Shown here piece by piece: positions 37,263-46,145 of a DNA stretch of 64,000 nt. Both the position numbers and the translations under genes were made by a program. The stretch is from Patescibacteria group bacterium (GTDB taxonomy: Bacteria; Patescibacteriota; Doudnabacteria; UBA920): NCBI GenBank assembly GCA_013387205.1, contig WARV01000019.1, positions 3,642-67,641 of the forward strand. The letters run 5' to 3'. Numbering within the stretch: position 1 is the stretch's first letter; every line of letters starts with the position of its first letter. The notes below the pieces were generated by a model. The model saw nothing but the letters and a program-made list of their open reading frames with translations, did not search any database and had not been told where the DNA came from.

Positions 37263-37556
37263 GTGGATAATGTTTTGTTATTGCTGTTTTTGCTTTTAGG
37301 AATAAGGGAAAATATTTTTTTGGTATTTAAAAATTACTGCTATAATAAATTAAAGAAACGTTTCAAAAAACAACCTAAATCTAAATAAAGATAAAATTTC
37401 GATGGCGGCCATAGCTACAAAAAGTTATGGCCGTTTAAGTTAACCTAATTATGGATAAAATTGCAAAAAAGATTGAAATTGGACTAAGCTGGTTTGTTCA
37501 CACTGTTGCCAAGCTGTTTTTGGAATGAGAAGCGCTTTAAATAACAACAATTATCT

Positions 37557-37592
37557 CCGCCTTACAGCATTGCTGTAAGGCGGGATTTTTTT
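37557..37592 (+). terminator. Hairpin terminator CCGCCTTACAGCA-T-TGCTGTAAGGCGG followed by T7
   Basis: 13-bp perfect stem plus T-run. Ends a short transcript from the extended -10 TGcTATAAT at 37338-37346. Confidence 0.7.
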
Positions 37593-37704
37593 AAGTTTAC
37601 AGCAATATTTTAGTCAATTAATATGCTTTTTGGGGCAGTCTCTTGTTTTTGGGGAAATTAACCCTGATATTTAAGGCGGCCTTTTTGGCAGAGGAGAGTA
37701 TTTT

Positions 37705-40700
37705 ATGTCCAAAATCAGTATACTTAAATTTTTAATTTTTGGATTTTTTTTGTTTTTTGGTTTATTTCCTATAAAGCATGCGCTGGCCGCGCCCTTTTTA
37801 ACTTTGAGTCCGTTTAGCGGGCACGCGGGCGCAATCAGCGTGAGTGGCGGCGGGTTTTCCTCCGGGGAAGAAGTAAAAATCTTTTTAAGAGATTCAGCAG
37901 GATTGCCAGCTGCTACGGTCAAGGCCAAGGCCAACTCGCTGTTCGGTCCGGTAACGGTTAATATTCCCGGCGATACCACCCAGGGCAATATTATGGTTAC
38001 TGCCGTAGGTTCCACGAGCGGTACGACAGCCTCTAATACTTATTATGTTGTGCCTTTTGCTCCGGTGCTTGATGTAAAATCTAGCGGGAACACGCCAGGG
38101 ACGGTTATTACTTTGTCTGGTACAGGTTTTGCTCCGGGAGAACAAGTAAATTTCTTTATGGGCGGGGCTGGCGGCGGATCGACAAAGGCTGACGGCAAGG
38201 GAAATTTTTCCAAATTTTCTTTTACCATCCCGAGCCTCACTCCCGACACTTACCAGATAGAAGCCAAAGGCGAAACTTCTGGCAGCACGGCAAAAAATTA
38301 TTTTTATGTCGGTACTTTCTATCCCGTAGCATCGCCTTCTTCGTATTATGTCATGCCAGGCCAGGCAATAACGTTTAACGGTTACAATTTTGTACCGGGC
38401 GAACAGGTTAGTGTGGTGATGGGGGAAGGGCAGCAGCCGGTGGGCACTATAACTGTGTCAGGCAAAGGTGATTTTAAAAATGCCGGCAGCTTTACGCCTT
38501 CGGTTGACTTAGCCGGGCAAATATTGTCATTCCATTTAAAGAGTTCCAAGTCGGCAGCTGATATTCCGGCCACGGTATCCATCGGCCAGTTTAATTCTTT
38601 GGTCACTCCTTCGGCTTATTACTTAATTCCGGGGCAAACTTTGGATTTTTACGGCAAGGGCTTTGCCCCTAACGAAACCATCCAAATATACCAAGGTTCT
38701 GCTGCTGACAGCTTGAGCCCGACAAATACCATCACTGCCGATAAAAATGGCGGCTTTACCAAAGCGGGCAGCCTGGTTATTCCGTATTCGGCTGCAAATT
38801 CCAGTTTGGTTTTTAAGTTTGTCGGACAGAGCAGTAATACTTCTTCCAGTTTGTCAGTTTCGGTCGGTGCGTTTATTCCGGAAATCCACCCTTCGGAATA
38901 CTACCTGACGCCGGGCAAAACTTTTACAGTTTGGGGCAAGGGCTTTGCCGCGGGTGAAAAAGTTACAGTTACGGCCGGGCAGGAATCGGTTACGGTCGCT
39001 ACGGACAAGTTTGGCGTGTTTAAAACCGCCGGGCCGTTTACCGCGCCATATGAGCCAGGTACTAAAGTCGTGGTTACCGCCACAGGGCAAAGTAGCAGTG
39101 CTAGCATCAGCGTAACTTTGGGAGTCGGCAGTTTGCACCCGAATATTATCCCGGACAGTTACTATATAACTCCCGGAGACCAGGTTAAATTGTCCGGATA
39201 CGGGTTTGCGCCAGGCGAAGATGTTTTGCTGCAAAACGGTCAGCAAGAAACTTTGGCAACCATAAAGACCGACAAATACGGAAACTTCACGAACTATTCG
39301 GTATCCACGCCTTTTAGCGGTGTAAAAACTTTGGGCTTTAATTTTGTCGGCGCCAAGAGCGGAGCTGTGGGTACGGTTTCAGTCAGTATTGCCACGCTCC
39401 ATCCTTTGGTAATTCCTGATACTTATTACGTTGTGCCGGGTTCAACTATTAGGGTGATGGGTACCGGCTTTTCCAGAGGCGAGCCTATTACCATAACTGG
39501 CGGCACTACGGCTTTGACAGTCAATGCCACCAAAGACGGCTATACCCCCTGGATGCCGGTGACTTTGCCGATGGATTTGCTGGCCAAGGAAATTACCATT
39601 ACGTTTACGGGCAATGCCACGGGAGCGAGTAATTCCGCGGTTATCGGACTGGCTCCGTTTTTGCCTCAAATTTATCCGAGCACGTATTACACCGCTCCGG
39701 GAAGCCTTATAAACCTTAAAGGTACGGGTTTTGCCGCCGGAGAAAAAATAAATATTTTGTTCAACAAGGAAAACGCCACATCCACGACAGCGGATTTGAG
39801 CGGCGCGTTTTCCATCCAAGGGTTTAAAATTCCCATTACGTCTGATACTGCCTATTTTAATTTTGCAGGCGTCAGGAGCCAGGCTAGCGCATCTTTGAAT
39901 ATCGCCTTAGCTCCGTTTAACCCGCAAATCTACCCGAGTACGTATTACGCGGCGCCGGGCCAGACCGTGGATTTCTCCGGCGTCGGGTTTGCCCCGGGGG
40001 AGTCGGTTGATATTGCCATGAACAGCCAGCCGGTTGAATCCGATGCGGTAAATGACCAGGGCCGGTTTGCCACCAAGAAAATCACCATCCCGATAGACGC
40101 TACCAAGGCAGCTGTATTCACGTTCACCAGCCCAATCTCACACGCCAGCGCAACCATTACAGTAGCCTTGTCCGCGTTCCAGCCGCAAATCTACCCGAGC
40201 CAATATTTCTCGTCTCCAGGCACGCCTTTGTCGTTTAAAGGTTTTGGCTTTGCGCCGGGCGAAAAAATATCCATCATTTATAACGAACAAGAAGTGGCCA
40301 CAGCCACAGCCGATGCCAAGGGCAACTTCCTGTCAGATAAAATTAATTTGCCGATGGGCGTAACCAAGGCGCACTTTACTTTTGACAGCTCGATTTCCCA
40401 TTACAGCAATCCGATTGATGTTTCTGTGGGTGCCTTAAGTCCGGTGGTGACTTTGAGCAGTTATTACGAAGCCGGCGGCAAGCCGCTGACAGTTTACGGT
40501 ATGGGCTTTGCTTCCAAAGAGCAGGTTGCAATAACGTTTGATAATAACCAGCTCGGGACAGTTACCGCGGACCAGTATGGAAGTTTTTCTTTTAAAACCA
40601 CAGTGCCGTTTGTCGAAGCCGGAGAAAAACAGGTCCAAGCCACAGGACAGACAAGCGGTGTCAGTTCTTCAGCCACGTTTGGCTTGCCGCAAGCGTTCAC

Positions 40701-40974
40701 TAACGTGCAGCTTAAAGCTTACGCCGGAGCGCCGGGCAGTGCGGTAACTTTTGTTGGCAGCGGTTTTTCGCCATCGGAAACCGTAAATATCACCACTGAC
40801 AAGACAGGGGAGGCGGCAGTTTACAGTTTTAAGGCGGACGCCAAAGGAAACTTTAATAATTCCGGGTTTGTCATTCCGGCTAACTTTAAAGGCGGGCAGT
40901 TAATCATTACCCTAAAAGGCGAACACAGCCTGGCAGCGAGCAAGATTACTTATTATGTGACAGGAGCACAATAG
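37705..40974 (+). CDS. Large cell-surface protein (1089 aa) with ~12 tandem ~85-aa Ig-like repeats
   Basis: N-terminal signal/TM. The periodic motif P-S-YY-(V/L)-x-PG-x-x-(I/L)-x-x-x-G-x-GF-A-PGE-x-V recurs about every 85-90 aa. Confidence 0.8.
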   Translation: MSKISILKFLIFGFFLFFGLFPIKHALAAPFLTLSPFSGHAGAISVSGGGFSSGEEVKIFLRDSAGLPAATVKAKANSLFGPVTVNIPGDTTQGNIMVTAVGSTSGTTASNTYYVVPFAPVLDVKSSGNTPGTVITLSGTGFAPGEQVNFFMGGAGGGSTKADGKGNFSKFSFTIPSLTPDTYQIEAKGETSGSTAKNYFYVGTFYPVASPSSYYVMPGQAITFNGYNFVPGEQVSVVMGEGQQPVGTITVSGKGDFKNAGSFTPSVDLAGQILSFHLKSSKSAADIPATVSIGQFNSLVTPSAYYLIPGQTLDFYGKGFAPNETIQIYQGSAADSLSPTNTITADKNGGFTKAGSLVIPYSAANSSLVFKFVGQSSNTSSSLSVSVGAFIPEIHPSEYYLTPGKTFTVWGKGFAAGEKVTVTAGQESVTVATDKFGVFKTAGPFTAPYEPGTKVVVTATGQSSSASISVTLGVGSLHPNIIPDSYYITPGDQVKLSGYGFAPGEDVLLQNGQQETLATIKTDKYGNFTNYSVSTPFSGVKTLGFNFVGAKSGAVGTVSVSIATLHPLVIPDTYYVVPGSTIRVMGTGFSRGEPITITGGTTALTVNATKDGYTPWMPVTLPMDLLAKEITITFTGNATGASNSAVIGLAPFLPQIYPSTYYTAPGSLINLKGTGFAAGEKINILFNKENATSTTADLSGAFSIQGFKIPITSDTAYFNFAGVRSQASASLNIALAPFNPQIYPSTYYAAPGQTVDFSGVGFAPGESVDIAMNSQPVESDAVNDQGRFATKKITIPIDATKAAVFTFTSPISHASATITVALSAFQPQIYPSQYFSSPGTPLSFKGFGFAPGEKISIIYNEQEVATATADAKGNFLSDKINLPMGVTKAHFTFDSSISHYSNPIDVSVGALSPVVTLSSYYEAGGKPLTVYGMGFASKEQVAITFDNNQLGTVTADQYGSFSFKTTVPFVEAGEKQVQATGQTSGVSSSATFGLPQAFTNVQLKAYAGAPGSAVTFVGSGFSPSETVNITTDKTGEAAVYSFKADAKGNFNNSGFVIPANFKGGQLIITLKGEHSLAASKITYYVTGAQ

Positions 40975-41016
40975 GAATTAAGAATTTAGAATTATGAATT
41001 AAGAATTTGGCAGTAA

Positions 41017-41058
41017 CAATTCCCGGATTTCGAGCGATCGCTCGAAATCCGGGAATTG
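41017..41058. repeat. 42-bp perfect palindrome CAATTCCCGGATTTCGAGCGA/TCGCTCGAAATCCGGGAATTG
   Basis: Exact reverse-complement symmetry, centre CGATCG. Downstream of the giant surface-protein gene. Confidence 0.9.
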
Positions 41059-41083
41059 ATAAAAGTTAATAAATATAGGTTTT

Positions 41084-41113
41084 TGAATGGCTCAATCGGG
41101 GTTGAGCCATTCA
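41084..41113. repeat. Hairpin TGAATGGCTCAA-TCGGGG-TTGAGCCATTCA (GAATGGCTCAACC family)
   Basis: 12-bp stem. Same stem sequence as the hairpins at 22050 and 56296. Confidence 0.8.
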
Positions 41114-41121
41114 GGGCATTT

Positions 41122-41150
41122 AAAAACCCCCGTTAACGGGGGTTTTATAA
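41122..41150. terminator. Bidirectional terminator AAAACCCCCGTTAACGGGGGTTTT
   Basis: 24-bp perfect GC-rich palindrome flanked by A and T runs. Immediately downstream of rpsT on the minus strand. Confidence 0.85.
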
Positions 41151-41151
41151 T

Positions 41152-41415
41152 TTATTTGATTTTAGCGATTGCTAAAGCCAGACGGGATTTCTTCCTGGAG
41201 GCGGTGTTTTTCTTGATTACGTTCTTTTTGGCGGCTTTGTCCAAGGCTGACATGACTTTTTTCATGGCTTCCATGGCTTCGTTTTTTTTGCCTTCGGCAA
41301 TCAGCTTCTTGACTTTTTTGACTTCGGACTTAAAAGCATCTTTGGATTTGATGTTTCTGGCTTTGCGGCGGAGAGACTGTCTCATGGCTTTGGCCGCGGA
41401 CTTGGTGTTTGGCAT
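41152..41415 (-). CDS. rpsT: 30S ribosomal protein S20
   Basis: MPNTKSAAKAMRQSLRRKARN N-terminus typical of S20. 87 aa, basic. Confidence 0.9.
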   Translation of the reverse strand: MPNTKSAAKAMRQSLRRKARNIKSKDAFKSEVKKVKKLIAEGKKNEAMEAMKKVMSALDKAAKKNVIKKNTASRKKSRLALAIAKIK

Positions 41416-41422
41416 TTATTAA

Positions 41423-41510
41423 ACCTTTGACATTTGACCTTTGACTTTAGGATGTCAATTGTCAGATGTTAATTGTCAATTGTAATGAAATTAATTTGAC
41501 ACGGCCTTGA
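41423..41510 (-). promoter_or_regulatory. rpsT 5' region with three tandem GTCAAAGG repeats and several TTGACA boxes
   Basis: Minus strand reads CAATTGACAATTAACATCTGACAATTGACATCCTAAAGTCAAAGGTCAAATGTCAAAGGTTTAATAA-ATG. Confidence 0.5.
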
Positions 41511-41574
41511 TAGATTTTTGCAGCAGGTTCTATTAAGGTAAAATTATTTTATCAAAATTCGGGGGAAAAAGCAA

Positions 41575-41604
41575 GGGGCGGAATTGCTTAAGCAATTCCG
41601 CCCC
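41575..41604. terminator. 30-bp perfect palindrome GGGGCGGAATTGCTT/AAGCAATTCCGCCCC, terminator of the minus-strand gene ending at 41612
   Basis: GC-rich stem flanked by A and T runs. Confidence 0.75.
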
Positions 41605-41611
41605 AAAGATT

Positions 41612-42355
41612 TCATCGAGAGTAAAATAGTCCAGCGCGGTATTCCGGCTTGCCGTGCAACAGTAACATGGCCGCAATGCCAAAACCTTTTTTGAATTTGA
41701 TTGCCAGCCGCGGTCCGCCTTTGCGCTCTTCTTCCAGGCCGTGGTTGGCTAAAGCTAAGGCGGCACCGAACTCTACCCGGCCGGTTTTGATGCTGGCGTG
41801 GGAGCCGTCGGAATAAAAATTCCTCCGGCCGTTGGTGGCTAGCAGGGTTTGCAGAAAAGCCCCTTCGCTGACAAGTCCCACGCCTTCTTCGCCGAGTTCA
41901 AGCTTCCAGCGGATGCTGTAGGCCGGCTCGAGCACGCGGTATTTTTCTGTCTCGTTTTTGGCGTGAACCGCCTCTTTGGTGGCTGGTTCGCTTTCGTGCC
42001 CGCCGATGCTGTCGATGAACGCGGCATTCAGTCCAGGAGATATCCGCAAAATGTGCTTGTAGCGGAAGTTCTTGGCTACGCCAAATGCCCCCACCCGGTA
42101 AGTTTCGGAGCCGTAATACAAGGCGCCGATGCCGGCCCTGCCTCGGGCAACGCCCAAATCCAGCGAAGCGCTATGCACCCTTTCGGAAAAAACAAGTTCC
42201 GTGCTTTCCAGTTCCGCTGCAGCTTTTCTTTCTGCCACAGCCTCATGCCTGCCGCTGGTTTTGTCGACAGGTTCACTGTCACTTGCCAGAAGCGCCGGTA
42301 AGCCAATTAGGCATAAAAAAAATACTCTCTTTCCCATCATTCCTCCCTTTTTCAA
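41612..42355 (-). CDS. GC-rich secreted protein, possibly beta-rich/porin-like (probably horizontally acquired)
   Basis: Signal peptide. GC clearly above the window background. No confident family assignment. Confidence 0.45.
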   Translation of the reverse strand: MKKGGMMGKRVFFLCLIGLPALLASDSEPVDKTSGRHEAVAERKAAAELESTELVFSERVHSASLDLGVARGRAGIGALYYGSETYRVGAFGVAKNFRYKHILRISPGLNAAFIDSIGGHESEPATKEAVHAKNETEKYRVLEPAYSIRWKLELGEEGVGLVSEGAFLQTLLATNGRRNFYSDGSHASIKTGRVEFGAALALANHGLEEERKGGPRLAIKFKKGFGIAAMLLLHGKPEYRAGLFYSR

Positions 42356-42463
42356 TCTTATCGAGACTACAAAACAGCCCCAAGATTTCCAGTAAAATTT
42401 ACACTATTTTACTGCTTTGGTCAAGATTTTAGATAATTGCTATTATAAGTTACGTAATAAAAA

Positions 42464-42505
42464 TTACTCCTCTATAAATGACGGCCGTCATTTATAGAGG
42501 AGTAA
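42464..42505. repeat. 42-bp perfect palindrome TTACTCCTCTATAAATGACGG/CCGTCATTTATAGAGGAGTAA (ACGGCCGT family)
   Basis: Exact symmetry. 22-bp core identical to the palindrome at 21252. Confidence 0.9.
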
Positions 42506-42703
42506 CAAAACGTTATATTTTCAACTCTTCAAAGATTTTGTAAATTAAAACGCCTGTCGTAGAGTAAGGGTTTTGCTCCTCCTATTCGCGCGAATAAGAG
42601 AATGGTTAGGATTTTTATAACGTGGCTTAAGCCCTAGAAATTATACAAAATCAAAGAATAAAAAAAAGGCGGGACGCGTGATTGCGTCCCGCTTTCGCGG
42701 TTG

Positions 42704-43048
42704 CTATAAGAGCTTTTTCATCCAGTCTGGACAGGTAAGAATCTGAGCGTTGCGGCCGTCGCTGAATTCGACTCTGATTTCCTCCTTGTTGGCTGTGACC
42801 CTTCTTGCCCCTAGCCGATCCAGAAGAAATGCCCCCACATACTCGCTGTTGGAAAACAGGGGCTGTTTGAGCTGGGAGACGAAATCCCGAAAATCCGCTT
42901 GGACAACAGGGCTGGATAAATCAGGCAAATCTTGAACCAAAGTTCTTCCAGGATGAAGTCCTGAAACTTCAATGTTCATCTCAAAATGCGGTATCATAAG
43001 TCCCTCCTTAACCTTTCTCCTTTCCCAGCGATTATAGCAGATGGCCAT
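42704..43048 (-). CDS. Hypothetical protein (~97-114 aa)
   Basis: ORF followed by the hairpin terminator GCGGGACGC...GCGTCCCGC at 42669-42694. No recognisable domain. Confidence 0.4.
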   Translation of the reverse strand: MAICYNRWERRKVKEGLMIPHFEMNIEVSGLHPGRTLVQDLPDLSSPVVQADFRDFVSQLKQPLFSNSEYVGAFLLDRLGARRVTANKEEIRVEFSDGRNAQILTCPDWMKKLL

Positions 43049-43154
43049 AAAAAAACAAGAGAGAGTAATTAGGAAGCTCTTAAGAATAATCTCTCCATTA
43101 ATTTGTGAGACTCTTCGTTGTTCGACTCCTTAAGAATGACGCCTGGATATATAA

Positions 43155-43305
43155 GATTGCTTCGGAAACAAGCCAAAGCCCTTGTTTCCTCGCAATGACA
43201 TCCTTTGTTTCCTGTCATCGCGAGGAGCCCGCAGGGCGACGTGGCGATCCTTAACCAAGGAAAGATTGCTTCGTCGTCAGATGCATTCCTCCTCGCAATG
43301 ACAAG
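43155..43305. mobile_element. RPE-like MITE, ~1.5 tandem copies (intergenic)
   Basis: TGTCATCGCGAGGAGC...AGATTGCTTCG...CCTCGCAATGACA with an extra upstream right-end fragment AGATTGCTTCGG...CCTCGCAATGACA. Confidence 0.6.
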
Positions 43306-43358
43306 ATGTGATCGATATTGGCCAAAGTTACTCTTTGACCATAAAAATAACGGCTAAA

Positions 43359-43395
43359 TCCTAGGAAATTCAGGATTTAGCCGTTAAAAATATAT
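43359..43395. repeat. Hairpin AACGGCTAAATCCT-AGGAAATTC-AGGATTTAGCCGTT (AACGGCTAAAWCCTA family), downstream of uvrB
   Basis: 14-bp perfect stem flanked by A and T runs. Confidence 0.8.
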
Positions 43396-43509
43396 TAATT
43401 TATCTTTGTTTGGTTTTTAATCTTTTCAACTGCTATCCTATCACGTAAGCGCGCGGCAACCTCGCCCCAGTAGTAGAACCTTCGGTTCACTACGGGGCTT
43501 CGCCCAAAG

Positions 43510-45591
43510 TTAACTTTTTACAAGACGCTTAATTTTTTTAATTTCATTAAGCCTGTCCCGAAGTTTTGCAGCCAGCTCGAATTCCAGGTTCTTTGCAGCC
43601 AGTTCCATTTGTTCATCAAGCTCGTCCATGTAAAACTTCAGTTCATTTTTATCCATCTTGGTTATGTCGGCATTAAACCGGCTTTCTGCTTCGGTGATAG
43701 ATTCGGCAGATCTTTGTCCTGCCAAGCGCGTATCGGCAATGGCTTTCTTTATAGATTGAGGAGTGATGCCGTGGGTCTTGTTGTATTTTTCCTGTATGGC
43801 TCTCCTTCTATTGGTTTCATCAATTGCCCGTTTCATTGATCCGGTAATTTTGTCCGCGTATAACACAGTGTGCCCGTTTAAGTGGCGGGCGGCGCGGCCC
43901 ATCATTTGCATGAAAAAAGTTTCTGATCTTAAAAATCCTTCCTTGTCAGCATCCAAAATTGTCACCAAAGAAACTTCGGGCAAATCCAATCCTTCGCGCA
44001 ACAGGTTAATGCCAACCAGCACGTCGTAAACGCCAAGGCGCAAGTCGCGCAGAGTTTCCAAGCGGTCAAAAGTATCCACGTCAGAATGCACGTAGTGCAC
44101 CTTAATGCCGTTTTCTTTCAGGTATTCACTCAGTTCTTCTGCCATGCGCTTGGTTAAGGTGGCAACTAAAACGCGCTCTTTGGCGGATATTCTTTCTTTG
44201 ATTCTTTCTATCAAGTCATCAACTTGGTTTTTTATTGGTTTAATTTCTATGGTTGGATCTATTAATCCCGTGGGGCGGATGATTTGTTCTATTATAGCCT
44301 CTTCATTTTTCCCTCTCCCTTGAGGGAGAGGGGGAGGGGTGAGGGGGATTAATCTTTTCGGTTTAAAATCTGCTTTTTGGTTCAGGCTGGCTTCAATTTC
44401 AAAATTGGCCGGCGTGGCGGAAACGAACACGGCCTGGCTGATTTTCTTTTCGAACTCGGCAAATTTTAACGGGCGGTTGTCGAGCGCAGAAGGCAGCCTA
44501 AAACCATAATCCACCAAAGTGGTTTTGCGCGACTTGTCGCCTTCGAACATGGCGCCGATTTGCGGTATGGTCTGGTGTGATTCGTCAATAAACAGCAAAA
44601 AGTCATCCGGAAAATAATCAATCAGCGTGGAAGGCGGTTCGCCCGCGCTGCGGCCGTCCAAATGCCTGGAGTAGTTTTCTATGCCGCTGACAAAACCGGT
44701 GTTGGTCAGCATTTCCAAATCAAAATTCGTGCGCTGCTCAAGGCGCTGGGCTTCCAAAAGCTTGCCCTGGGCTTTTAATTCTTTCAGCCTTTCCGCCAGT
44801 TCCAGCCGAACATTTTCCATGGCTTTTTGCAACTGGTCTTCGGGCGTGACAAAGTGCTTGGCCGGGAAAATAGTAAAGCTTTCCAAATTTTCCAGCTTTT
44901 CGCCAGTCAACGCGTCGAGTCTTTCTATTTTTTCAATTTCGTCGCCGAAAAAATCCATGCGGACGATGGTGTCTTCGGAAGACAGGATGATATCTAAAAT
45001 ATCTCCTTGCACCCTGAACGTGCCGCGCTGCAAATCGTAATCATTGCGGTGGTATTGCAAATCAGTCAGGCGGCGCAGCAGCTTGTCGCGCTTAAAGCCC
45101 ATGCCTTTTTTAATTTCCAAAGACAGTTCCAAATAATTGCCCGGGTTACCCAAGCCGTAAATGCAGGATACCGATGCGACTATTAATACGTCTTTGCGCG
45201 ACAGCAAAGATTGCGTGGCAGCGTTGCGCAAGCGGTCGATTTCTTCGTTTATTTGGGTTTCTTTTTCTATATAGGTATCGGAGCGGGGGATGTAAGCTTC
45301 GGGCTGGTAGTAATCGTAATAGGAAACGAAATAGTGGACCGCATTGTTTGGGAAAAATTCCTGGAATTCGCTGGCCAGCTGCGCTGCCAAAGTTTTGTTG
45401 TGGGAGATGACCAGGGTCGGTTTTTGCAAAGTTTCAACAACATTAGCCATGGTAAAAGTTTTGCCTGATCCGGTCACGCCCAAAAGCGTCTGGTATTTGC
45501 GTCCAGTTTGCAAAGATTTAATCAAGCCTTCAATTGCTGCAGGCTGGTCACCTGCTGGCTTAAATTTTGAATTTAAAATAAATTTTTCCAT
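43510..45591 (-). CDS. uvrB: Excinuclease ABC subunit B
   Basis: Walker A GVTGSGKTFT, helicase motifs, the beta-hairpin region and a C-terminal UvrB/UvrC-interaction domain. 693 aa. Confidence 0.95.
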   Translation of the reverse strand: MEKFILNSKFKPAGDQPAAIEGLIKSLQTGRKYQTLLGVTGSGKTFTMANVVETLQKPTLVISHNKTLAAQLASEFQEFFPNNAVHYFVSYYDYYQPEAYIPRSDTYIEKETQINEEIDRLRNAATQSLLSRKDVLIVASVSCIYGLGNPGNYLELSLEIKKGMGFKRDKLLRRLTDLQYHRNDYDLQRGTFRVQGDILDIILSSEDTIVRMDFFGDEIEKIERLDALTGEKLENLESFTIFPAKHFVTPEDQLQKAMENVRLELAERLKELKAQGKLLEAQRLEQRTNFDLEMLTNTGFVSGIENYSRHLDGRSAGEPPSTLIDYFPDDFLLFIDESHQTIPQIGAMFEGDKSRKTTLVDYGFRLPSALDNRPLKFAEFEKKISQAVFVSATPANFEIEASLNQKADFKPKRLIPLTPPPLPQGRGKNEEAIIEQIIRPTGLIDPTIEIKPIKNQVDDLIERIKERISAKERVLVATLTKRMAEELSEYLKENGIKVHYVHSDVDTFDRLETLRDLRLGVYDVLVGINLLREGLDLPEVSLVTILDADKEGFLRSETFFMQMMGRAARHLNGHTVLYADKITGSMKRAIDETNRRRAIQEKYNKTHGITPQSIKKAIADTRLAGQRSAESITEAESRFNADITKMDKNELKFYMDELDEQMELAAKNLEFELAAKLRDRLNEIKKIKRLVKS

Positions 45592-45687
45592 AAAATATAG
45601 GACTAATAGGGCAGATACGACTTATTAGCCATCTTTAATCATAACAGATTTATTTTTACCTTGTCTATACATTAAGATATGAAAAAA

Positions 45688-46110
45688 GCCACGGATGCAT
45701 CCCAAGTCCGTGGCTTCTTTGGAGAATCATCCGTTTGGCCAACGAATGAAATTTTTGAGGAGGGCAGCCAGGCGGCTGCCCCTGCCGTTATTACCAGAAT
45801 GCCGATTGGAATTCTGGTTTTTGCTGGTCCTTAAGGAAAGGACGCGCGCTTGCGGGAGCGGCAACTAAAAATCGCTTCAAGAAGGTTTGCGGATATTTTG
45901 TAGGATAGTCCACGCGCGTTCTTTGGCAATCTTTAGTCCTCGAACTTAAAAATCCTCTTTATTATTGCTGGTGGGTGAAAACGCTGCTGAGGCTTTCTTC
46001 ATCAGAGGAACAGAATTGGCCAAGGACTGGCCTTGTGGACTGCCAGGGGTTTTGTGTTGCGGATCCAGCGTTTTCACCCATTTGAGTTAAATTCAGATTA
46101 CTTAATTAAG
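45688..46110. other. GC-rich, highly structured ~420-bp non-coding region between uvrB and ruvA
   Basis: No ORF. Hairpin GCCACGGAT...CCGTGGC at 45690-45722 with a T6 run on the minus strand. A 14-bp inverted repeat GGGTGAAAACGCTG / CAGCGTTTTCACCC encloses ~95 nt with internal hairpins. Candidate ncRNA or MITE. Confidence 0.35.
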
Positions 46111-46116
46111 GTTTTT

Positions 46117-46145
46117 TTGTCAATAAGCGCGAGAATTGGTAAAAT
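46117..46145 (+). promoter_or_regulatory. Sigma70-like promoter TTGTCA-17-TAAAAT for ruvA, followed by a ~100-nt leader with ACGCGGA direct repeats and TTATC(T/C)GCG motifs
   Basis: Read directly. A TTGACA on the opposite strand shares the same -35 position. Confidence 0.45.

Noticed and set aside
45688-46110. Assignment of the structured region as RNase P RNA
   Set aside because: There is only a weak AGGAAAGG...ACAGAA resemblance to the P4 strands. The spacing is too short (~170 nt) and other conserved blocks were not found. It is left as an unassigned candidate ncRNA or MITE.
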